Notes under the pieces: model-generated
Seen by the model: the letters and a program-made list of their open reading frames with translations, nothing else
Database searches by the model: none
What the model was told of the DNA's origin: nothing
Position numbers and translations under genes: made by a program
In this document: positions 23,302 to 34,243 of the stretch, piece after piece
Numbering within the stretch: the first letter of the stretch is position 1
Layout: each line of letters begins with the position of its first letter
Source of the DNA: Fimbriosthenelais zetlandica
Taxonomy: Eukaryota
Direction: 5' to 3'
DNA: 64,000 nt
Assembly (NCBI GenBank): GCA_977030845.1
Contig: OZ365109.1
Coordinates: 12,896,001-12,960,000, forward strand

Positions 23302-25660
23302 GCGTCTCTCAGATATATGGATGGGATTTTGTCTCTTGGCGCCATCACACTTGGCAGGAGCCATTGAAAAGTAAGGGAATTCCGAAATCAAAACCCGCCC
23401 TGGGCGACAGGTTGAATATACCGCCCTGGACAGGCGCTGAAATGCTTTGTGGTGTTGAGTTAAAAGCGTATTAACTTTTACCCAATGTTACACAACCTAC
23501 ATGACACCGGAAAAGTGGGAGTTCCAAACCCTAAAAAAAAATCTTGAAAAAAATAAAAGGTCATGAAAAGTCATTGCTGCTAATTTGCAATTCTGACAGA
23601 AAGAAAGGTTGAGTGGGAGGAGAAATGCTGAGATTAATTGGTTGTCATTTGTGGTCATGGGAGCAGCGTCCATTTTTTTTAGTTGGGACATTCATGATAT
23701 GAAAAATATCACACCTGCGGAGGATATTTTCAAAGTAGAAAGTTTAAGAAATATCATTTTGAAATCCTGAAATCCTTCTATTCTAATGCCATCAAGCACT
23801 AGCTGATCATTGGCGACATTTATTGTGATTGTATGGTTATTTATAACGTCCATTTCAACAATTTTTCGGACGGTCAATCACATAAATATTTGTGACATAT
23901 TATGCATTCTGGGGCTGGGAAGAAAATTATTTCTCACGCGGTATATTATGCAAATTTCATTATTCAAATAATGCGGAAACTGCAGCCAATTTCCTAATAT
24001 CATTTTCAGGGGAAAAACTCATGAAAAATACCTATAAGTGGCTATAAATAAACTGCCACATTCCTGATTGACTATACAGACACTCCAAATGAGATTAATT
24101 TACTAAAGTTTCTATATACCGTGTAAATAATTAGTCGCCATAAAATATAGACTTGTATGCATAAATAATTCTCACCTTAGAATGTGGCCTGGGGGATACA
24201 GTTAGGCCTCAATATGTTTGTGTCTTATGAGTGTATGGATTGTGGATTGTTTAATCTAGGTGGGAATTTATGAGCGAACTGAAGAAAGAGAAACGCAAAA
24301 ACGGGCCTCGCTGAAAGGCATGAGGCTCATTTGCATAAGGAGTATGGTGGGAGGAGGAGCAAAGGACTCGGGATCTTTGTAGTCCACATTAAAAATGTGT
24401 GTTTACATTACTCGCTTGTGTGATGGCCGACACGGTTTTAATTAAAATTCCATTAGAAAACTCTTGTTTGTTCTCAGCCACCTTTTCCCAGGCCCATCCA
24501 AAGTTGTGCTTGGAAACATAATGGGCGCACCTGCGATTTCTCACGTGGAAATTAAGATGAAACCTGGAGATGAGGAATGAAAGGACATTGTATACAGACC
24601 TTTGATATGTTACCATGACCTGTCAGAATTTATTGCCCGTATTTCTTTACACATTCTGCTTCAGTTTCATTTTCAATGTCCGTCCCTATACCGTCCAGGT
24701 AAGATCAATTTGGAAGAATCTCTTTGATAATTGAGAATGTGATTTGATATTTACAATTCAACTGTTGATCGTGAATAGCCTATATATCACGAGTTACATT
24801 CACTGTTGAATAACAAGGTTTTTTATTTTTATTTTGAAGTTTTAGTTATGAATCATACAAATTTGATAAATACTGAAATTATTAATATCGTAATTGACTT
24901 TCATACTATTGACTATGTTCGACATTTATATATAATATTATTCTGTAATAATGGACAATAATAATGGAAATGTAAGAAACAGACTGAACAATATTTTATT
25001 AATTGTAAAGAACAGGTCCTTGATTAGAAAACAACATAGGATTTTCTAACCTATATCCAACCATGACATTTTGATATGGAAAGTCTCCCAGCACTATTCG
25101 CATGACGCTGAGTAGCCTATTGGCATTCAGAATCAGACTTCTTTTATTGCCCAGTACTTGGGTTTGACTATAGGAAGTGTCTGTCCTTCATCTGTCACCA
25201 TGTCCATGCATGTAATGGGCAATACTCAGCTCATATCAACCTGTAATGGCATGCTATATGGGGGTTAATGGCCTTCCTATAACAATAAGCCTACAACCTT
25301 AAACCCAATATACTACAGCCATTTTATACTCACAAGGGACCTGTAACAAAATGGCTATTGCTTTGTCAAAAACGTTTGAACACAGGTGGCAATAGCATGG
25401 TGTAGAAACATTTTGACGTTGACAATGATTGCATTGTAAATGCATAATATATCTCTGAACAATTCCTAAGGACATATGTGACATTTTTTATTGGACTTTA
25501 GATTTGGAATTTAGTCTTTAAGCTGCAAGTTGTAGATTCATGTTAAACATGTTAGCGGGTAGACCTGAGATTGCTGTAATCAAAAAATCCATTTCATGAC
25601 AGGTCATGCTTAATTTGGTTCCTGGACACCCCAGCACATCCCGTATATAACAGGCAATAA

Positions 25661-25704
25661 TCTGACTGTCATATCTAACTGTCATATCTGACTGTCATAT
25701 CTAA
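25661..25704. repeat. 13-bp minisatellite, about 3.4 copies
   Basis: TCTGACTGTCATA TCTAACTGTCATA TCTGACTGTCATA TCTAA. Confidence 0.95.
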
Positions 25705-26960
25705 GGCCCCATGTGTTCATGCTATGACCATGTAAAACCACAACTTCATATATATATATATACCAACCCCCATAGAGGCCCTGTCCAATCTCTGCTTAAA
25801 ATAAATCAAATCGTTTTTGAATAGTTTTCAGCCAGTTAACCTAAACCATATAGCATGTTTCAAGTAACATAAGTTAGACTTGATAGTGAAGATAGTGATG
25901 ATTTGTGGTTTGGTAATCACTAGTTTGTCCGTTACACAGACTGAGTCTAAAAGAATGGAAAAGCTCATGACAAAGTCCCGTTAAGTCCAAACAATATGCA
26001 ACAATATTGTTTCTCTCATCTGCCATTGGGAGATGTATTTAAATGTAACACGTGGTGCCGCACGGCCTTACCACTAAAGGCGTTATAGACACAGCTTCCG
26101 TGACGCATTGTGCCGGGAATAATTTGTGTTGTCTTGGGGTACGGTGAACAGTATACATTATCAGGGTTTATCACGAACGAAGGACTGATAGTGGAGTGCC
26201 ACCGCAAGACTGTTACAGAAATCTGTCATACTTAACAAGACAAATAGACAATCGGCAGTGGTTATCATCTGTGTCAAATATGACATGCTTATTATGTGAG
26301 GGGTCTTACAGAAACAGGCTTCCTTCGACCTGGTCAAAGGTGACCTACCAGATGGATATTGTTATCCACCTCATATTTCATTTCATTCTTATGAGTATCC
26401 AAAATACCTTCATTGAAGGACATGCTTCATGACCACAGAAAAAATGAAAGACCTTCGGGTTTTGTTTTCCGTGGTAAATGGATATTTTGTTTTGTGCAAA
26501 TAAGACTTGATGACATTTGGTGTACATAGGTCAGGTCCAGCATGAAAAGGCAACTCTCTCCTGGACTTTCATAACAGGGGTAAAAGTTTAAATTGATGGC
26601 TGCCTAGGGTCGGAGGCTATGGGCTTTTTTCATTTCTCAAAGTCATTAGTTGGGATAGAAAGGGCTGCAGTAATGAGTGGGTCAAAGTTCGATAAAAACA
26701 TTTATCCTAGCTTGCTCATCACTTGCCAAGGAACCTGCACATCACCTGCCCCGGTTATATTACCTGTTGCCATTGGACATTGTCTCTCAGATCTGCCATT
26801 CAATATGGAGACAATGACCAACAATATGATAAAAGAGATCTGGCAATAAGGAAACATTTATCTTCAGTTAACGAGGATAGAATCGTTCCCGCTGAACAAA
26901 GTGAGGGTTCCATCAATATTCATCTCTATAAAGATTGAGCTCTACTTGTTTCCAAGGAAC

Positions 26961-27094
26961 CAAGATGGCGATACGGAACTGACTGGTCAGAATGTCTAAA
27001 TTGTCATTCCAACAATATGGCGGCCGGTTGGCATGGAAACAACCCATGGCGATCACGTGGCACAATGGACCTGCGCACAAGGGGCGGGCGGGGA
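26961..27094. promoter_or_regulatory. Housekeeping-promoter-like motif cluster
   Basis: CAAGATGGCG (26961, YY1), AATATGGCGGCC (27014, YY1), GTTGGCATGGAAAC (27027, X-box-like), CACGTG (27054, E-box), TGCGCA and GGGGCGGGCGGGG (27081, GC boxes), all within 135 bp. Confidence 0.4.
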
Positions 27095-28412
27095 GTCCTT
27101 CTGTTGATATGTTATTTATTAGCTTTGGATAGCCGCCACTGCGGGTTCTCACTTCTGGGCAGTTGACATTTTGAACTTTGTCGGAGCATCCTCTTGTCTC
27201 AGACATGGGAGGACGAGGCCATATTGTCAGTGTCCAGTCTATAAGAGCTGGCGGGGCTTCAGAGGACCCGAGGTCTGGACGTCAATGCTGATTGATTTAT
27301 GACAATTCTGGGAAGATTTGTGGTCAACATGGCTAGCCAGGTCTGCAACCCCACCATTGTGAAAAGGTCATACCCAACTGTCCTTTTCCTTAGCCAATGC
27401 TTTGCCTTTGATTGCCTTCCCGAGGGGCAGCAGCTATAAGGGTGGCGGGATGGACTTTGTCCATGCAAAATGTCCTCTGGCATTCTTACACGATTTATTG
27501 ACCTTTCCTGGATGGTAGTGCCGTCTCATGGTAACGGGACTGAGATTCGGTTCCAGGTTTAATGTCCATTAGCTGGACCTGTTCCAGGCAGGTACATCTG
27601 CATCACTTAGCCCCTTGTTCATGAGTACAACCTGTTGTAATTGTTCTCGACTGAATCGATCACATCAAAACCCCATAGCATGAATGAATTTCCACTTGCT
27701 CAATCAGATACCAGCTGTCCTGGACTATTTATCAGCGACAGAGATCGATGTACCTACTAATTACAGGGGTATCCCATTGTCACTATGTCATGCATTTCTT
27801 AACTTTCTTATGATAAATACCCGAGATTTGTATTTTTGCCAGAAGGAGGATTATTATAATGCAAATAAAATATCATTGACGTGCTAGGGGCCATTTCTAA
27901 GCTTGTGTGCATTGCATGTGATTCATTAATTGGAGGGAATTTAAAATACATCCATGCAATGTTCCCATGTTCCATGGAGCGGGTTCAGAAAGGTTAGCAT
28001 CTTAGCATTTCTCCCCTCTAAGCTGAAGGGCCTTCCATTCAACCCTGTCACATTTCATTCATTGGGAGGAGTTCCCAGAACCAATAGCAGTTACGACTGT
28101 CCCCTCCCTTTCCTTCTTTCTCAGTATCTTTAGAATCAATTCTGGCAGGGCAATTCGACACCTGCGTTCCCCTTTTCACTTTTTTCGTCCATTCACACAA
28201 TTTCTCACTGACAATAAATCGACATCGCAGTCCCTCATTAGATTGTTGTGTGCCTTATCTCCGTCATTATCTACCTTACACTTTTTTTCCACCTGTAAGT
28301 CCGATAGCCATCCCATGTAATTGTCAACTTCACTCACTCAATTCAACTCACTGATTATGCAAAGGAGCAAAAGGAAAATTTGAAACTCCTCCAATGATTG
28401 ATACTGAGTTCA

Positions 28413-28541
28413 GTTGTCGTTGACAGCGGGGCCGTCCTTCTCCCACCATCTGTTTTGTTCTGTGAGACCAGGGGTTCTGCTCTTGATATAATATGCAAAA
28501 AGTTTAGGGTGTTCTTCCGCTAGTTTTTTGTTCTCGTTTCT
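28413..28541 (-). mobile_element. Possible decayed non-LTR retrotransposon (CR1/L2-like) ORF2 fragment between endonuclease and RT
   Basis: RNENKKLAEEHPKLFAYYIKSRT...EKDGPAVNDN resembles the conserved E-x-K-(I/L)A...NPK-x-F-(W/Y)-x-Y-I-K-S-K...DG...D linker. I could not follow homology further downstream. Confidence 0.4.
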
Positions 28542-31500
28542 CCAATTTAAATGAACCCAGACGGGAAGGGCTTTCACTCGTCGTGGAGTTGGCGAGTCTG
28601 GGGAGGTAGGAGAGTGAATAAAGGGGGCAGGACTCCCTACTGCTTCAATCACAACTCTGATACTCTATCCACCGTTTAGACCTGTCTAGTCGGTAATATA
28701 TGTGTCTTGTCCTGCTACCTTAGTAACAGTACTTTGTACTCCTCTCTTGTTCTATGGCATTATAATATACACTCTATTATATTGCATCTATGGGCATTAT
28801 ACTATGGATATATGTGCTTCAACACAACCCATAAGAAACAGGTGCTTACTATGTTGACATTGGAAAACCATTGGAAGAGAAATCTTCTGATTTGTGTGAA
28901 TGTCATTTGCGGTTTGCAGTTGGACCAATAAGCCTAATCCTGAATATTATTTCTAAGGGAAAAACAAATCAGAAGGTGGCTCGAGCTGTTTGCTTTGGAA
29001 GGACTCAATAGAATCTGGGGCCCAGGCGACTTTTATGATATTGGAGACTGTTGTTGGTGCCAAAAAATGCTCCGTTTACCCATTGATACCTTACGACAGT
29101 GGCGAGGCACTTGTGCAGGCCAAGTATCACTCAGTGGGCCGGATAAGAATAATGTATTTATCTTATCAGTCCCCCATCCATCCCTTGAGGCTTCACGGTT
29201 ACCCTCTCACATATAATACGACTCAACACCAAATGATTTATGCAACACCTAAGTTAACACACCTCAACAGGCACTTTGAGGTAGACGGCTTCCAAAAAGC
29301 TCCCACTTTTCATATGTAAACAAAGCAATGTTTCACAAATGAGCGAAAAGATAGGGAAGGGCGGAGATAAATCAAATTAATTCCCTATTGTACCCGGTAC
29401 ATCGCTGTCTCGGAATCGATTATGCAACGTGATGCCGCGTAAAAAAAACTTAATTTAATGAAGGGTTTTTTTTGGAGGGTGGCAAGTTCACCCAATTTTC
29501 TGGCAGAGCATTCCAGACATTGGATGAGGCGGAGTGCAGTAGGTGCAGGAGGCTCCCAGAGACAATTGATGAGTAGAACGGTGACCAAGGTAACAATAGG
29601 TTAGAGAACAGGTGTTGAGGTGGGGCTGGGGGAGAGGGGGTCCACGGCCTATTGTTAGAGCATTCACGGGCTCAGAGCAAGGCACAACAGTGTGGAGATA
29701 TGAGCAACAATACAAGAACCGTGCCGTCTCCTGCGTCTATAGTCAGAGGTCAAGGAGACCCCTGTGATGAGTTCTAACTCTTTATAATCTTCCCCTCATT
29801 TTTTTAATTTTTTTTTTCATTAACCCACGGTTTATATTTCAAGGAAGAATGCCTTGAGCACGGGCTCTGCATATCAAATAGTTATGAGAATTTTCTGATT
29901 TTTTTTTGTCTTAAAAAATGATGATTTCCCGAGGTCATTATTTCTGGAACCAGAGGTAAAAGGTCATAGCAGTAGGGCTCTTAGGTTAAGGCCCTTTCCT
30001 CCGATACTATGCACTCAACACTGTCAAAGGTGCCCTATTTTAGGCCACTTCAAACAACATGTATTACAATTTGGATTTACAAGTTTTACGATGACAGGTC
30101 ATGTTTGGTGCGTGATAAATCATATTTCCAGGACGTCATATGCGGGTTATTTATTCGGCTCAGGTTGGTCGGGTTCGCAAAGGTGATTTATACATTTAGT
30201 AATGATATGTTATCGGGTGACTTTCTCGGCAGACTATCGGCTTAGTAAGCTTAGGCTGATAGAATTTTCTCTAGGCTAATCATAGCTTCCCACCCTCTAT
30301 TGGTCATGACCTGGGATTTAAAAAAGCCCAATTAAAAGTTTCAGATTACTCGTATCCAGATTTCAGAGAAAGAATGTTCAGCTCTAATTCAGTTATCTCC
30401 CCAGAATAGGACGAATCAACCTAACGGGTATACTCACCATGTCTATTAACTGTCCTTATCATATTGCCTCTGATATGAGTGAGAATTGGAATTGTGCTGA
30501 AAAAATACATTGACCACATTGAAAAGCTACCTGAGCTAGATTAAAATTAATTATAAGGATTTTTTATATTTTCATTTGAACTATTACATTCAGAGCTTTG
30601 TACAAGTACTTTCATACCTTCGAATGACATCCATTAATAATTCCATCCATCCCTCCTTTCTCCAAATCTAAATAAAAATTTAAAATGATTAATAATTGCT
30701 GAAAACGGTAGCATAAAGGATGGCAGTTTGGTCCGTCCAACCACGAGCAAAAGGCTATAAAAGAAGGGCCTTTCCTTTTGAAAGGCCAGACATAGCCAGT
30801 GGGTCATCTCTCCTCTCTAGTCCCCCACCCATCCCATCCCTCTGTACCTTTAATCTCTCCGCCCCCACACCGCCCGCTCGTGCCCGACACGAGCAGCAGG
30901 TGCTCACCCTGCACCCAGACCCAAGGCCTCGAGTGGGAGGTTCCCACCTTACACATCCCCAATGGTAATTTCCCTCCAGGCCCTGCAAATTCCCATGTTG
31001 GAATAACACGGGCTTTTCTTACCCATTGTCCCTTGTACAAGGTCCATGTAAAGGCCGTACAATGACTAAGTATTACGTTGATAACGATTATTTGAAGCAT
31101 GGGGTCTGGGCTGTGTCTTGGAAGAGAGAGGGGGTTGCATGGCCCCCCTCGCATTATGTCAACATGTTAGAGACTCACATACATAGACTACAGTGTCTTC
31201 ATTGATGTCCCCTCCTGGAAGGCACTTGATAAGCATCATGTTAAAGCTTAACATGTACTGAACGTCCCCCACACTCCCTGACACTCCCTGTGATTATTAT
31301 GTCCACAACGCACGTTCACTGAACATTCAATGACATTATGATTCCCCATTGACTATGTCAATTGAAGCAGTTTAGTCACCCGATATTCTAGAAAATTATA
31401 TGCCTTTCACTCTCAAGAACGACTAATTTACCTGTGTCAGTATTCATGGAGATTCGAGAGGTTCTTGAATCTCCTACAGAGATAATTGCTGCCATATTGA

Positions 31501-34223
31501 ATCCACTAGACCTCAATTATAGCATGTGAGTGGTAGATCAGGATTCAAAATCAGGAATGGATGTCTACAAGACACCTTTCCATGTCTAAAAAAAATGGAA
31601 CAATTCCAGATTCCAGACATTTCTGGCGACGTTCTCTTGTTCCTTAATCAAAAATAAAAATTTTCGGTTCAATTCTCAGTTCAGGATATATTCCTGAAAC
31701 GAGACATATCTGATTTTTCTTAGGTCAAAATTGACTTGAATTTAGAACTACTCCTGACCTGTATGAAGCATATAAAGAGCATGTGATAAATGGGATATAT
31801 ACCAATGTTTCTATTATAAAAAAGGAGCATCCCGGCCAATATCCACCTGTTGTATGATAGATGGTCATCTACTGGACACCACTAGCATGAGCATGGGGAA
31901 GTCAATAAATTTTTAAAAAGTGTTTTTGTCCCGCTCAAGTGCCTAGTCATTATCCAGTGACAAGCCCGTTCCCCAGCCACTGCGTCGCATGCATAAATCA
32001 TGATAATACAGGTTTCATAATGATAACCCTGCTCAGAACTGACCAATGGTCAGCATGTCGCGTGGGTAGCACCTGCCTGATGGCCACCCTGCCCCAACTT
32101 CACACGATGGTTAAGAGTGGTCAGCCTTTGATGTGGCCATGCCCTTTTTGAACTACGATGACCATCACCACTCGAGATGACCACTCTAGGAATCAGAGGG
32201 AGGTGGTCAGTGGAGGTATTGGTCAGCCAGATGGAGGGTTAGAGTATGCAGTCTTTACCCTACATTCACAATGATTATCAGCAATTTAAAGTATACACCT
32301 TCCTACCCATCACATGTTTTCTACCTTTCAGACAGCTCCCAATCATGTCATTTTCCTGACTGCAATTTCATGTAATTTCATCTCTTTGTCGGTCAGCCCT
32401 TTGAAACTTTCAAAACGTGGCTGTTTATATAAGCCTAGAACCATTCATGGTGTCGCTGTGCTCTAATTTGCACGAGGTACAGATCTGTCTGGCATTCCAA
32501 GGTGAATCTGTGCCTTCCATTTGAGAGATCGCTCGTTATGCTACCTCCAAATCACCCCGCATGAAAGTATTTTTATCAGATCTCTGGGCACCACAAGAAT
32601 TTATTGTTATTACCATCTCTCAGGCATATCTGATCTTTGGTTGAGGGTTAATGTGTGCTCATTAGCTGCGCTTACTTTCATGTGACTGTGTCATTATCCA
32701 TAATAATGAATCCATGCCTTCCTTAGTTACTTTACCACGTAGTAATAAAATTCAAAATAATCAATGACGATGCATTCATTGCACGCATGGAATCTTAGAT
32801 CTTGAGTATGGCTAATAATATTGACAGACATCTTAAAGCTGAGGCCCTTAGAAATAACAGAGAAGAGCTGTGTCCATGCAGTTGATGGCATATTCTCTCA
32901 CATTCAGCTATGTAAAGCCAATGCAAAACTTTCAATGGAAGATGTGGAATGGAAAAAAAACAGGTTTCTGAGTCTGGAAATCAAAGAATGCTGTTCTTAT
33001 GTCAATTTAAAGGCGTTAGCCTCTTCACACATTCTGTACTTCACGGGAAGGCCCTAGCTCAGACACCACGATAGAGAGTCTTGAATTTCAAAATCAGTTG
33101 ATACAAAAATGTCAGGAGATAGATTAATCTCCTGTCAGGCCCCGAGTTCTCTCTACAGAGAGCTCTGCACCTGCCATATCTTTCCGGCAGAACGCCCTCC
33201 GTTCCCCAACGGACCAATCAGCGTGCAGGTGTCGCGTGCCCTCTCTTCCCCCAGTCTCCCCAAGTCACGCGCCCTGTGAGACTACTCGCTTGAAAGACTG
33301 GGTATAGAAGTCAGTGCTTGGTAGGCAGGAGTGGAGTAAACATCATGTAGCATCCAGTGCACCTTAAAACCAACCAGCATTTGACAACTTTTAGAGCTTT
33401 AATTGACATCCTTGACAACAGTTGGTGGATCCTAGTACTGTTGGACAGTTATAACATTAAGGACGTTTTGTGATTGGACGGTTTGGATCCCCCCCACCTG
33501 ATCCTCTGTTGTGATATATATAGATCTATACCTGTGTGATATACCTGTGACTTGCAGTGGGATCTTCAGTCCATCCTTGACGCTTGGATCATCCGGATCT
33601 TGGATCATCTCAAGCCTAAGGGACTCGCCATATACACACACTTTTACATTGAGTGTTTCATACCTTGACTTTCAAGGCAATATTGGATCAAAACAGATCT
33701 TCATTTTAGAACTGTCAATACCTCAATGTTATTGGACAAGTGCTTTAAATTGTTTTTGACTTGTTTAAGTTACTCAGGACTTAGTCAAACATCCAATTTC
33801 TTAACTCATCTGACAGGGGATTGTTACTCTGACTAGGTAAGCATAACTTTTACTCATAAAATATTTTTCCTAGGCTTTTCTAAAAGAAACCCGACTGAGC
33901 TTTGCATCTGCCAGTCCTGTCTGTCATATACTACTCACATTTTACAGTTTATCCTTTTCTTCTTTAATACATCAACCCCCTGACATTTATATCTGACACA
34001 TTTGTACCAGAAGGGCCTCCAAGGGACCATAAATACAATTTAAAGAAGCCTTTCTTGCTCCTGGGACTTGTAGCTGTAGGCCTTGGTTAGACACCATTAG
34101 TTACCCTATTGTAGATTTGGGCGTTGTGCTTGATGTATTGGGTGAGTAGGAAGGCTCAGGGGCAGGGAGGCTGGGGTGTGGGAGTGTGGGCAAGAGGGAG
34201 AGGGGGATAGAAGGAGCCCTGCG

Positions 34224-34243
34224 GGACAGGTGCGCACCTGTCC
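34224..34243. repeat. Perfect 20-bp palindrome
   Basis: GGACAGGTGCGCACCTGTCC; contains inverted CAGGTG/CACCTG E-boxes around TGCGCA. Confidence 0.9.

Noticed and set aside
24327-24620. Octamer CTCATTTGCAT plus PSE-like TCACGTGGAAATTAAG as an snRNA promoter
   Set aside because: The downstream sequence matches no U1, U2, U4, U5 or U6 5' end that I recognise.
30767-30787. Possible histone 3' stem-loop
   Set aside because: It has an 8-bp stem and 5-nt loop rather than the 6-bp stem GGYYCT/AGRGCC with a 4-nt loop, and no histone ORF lies upstream.
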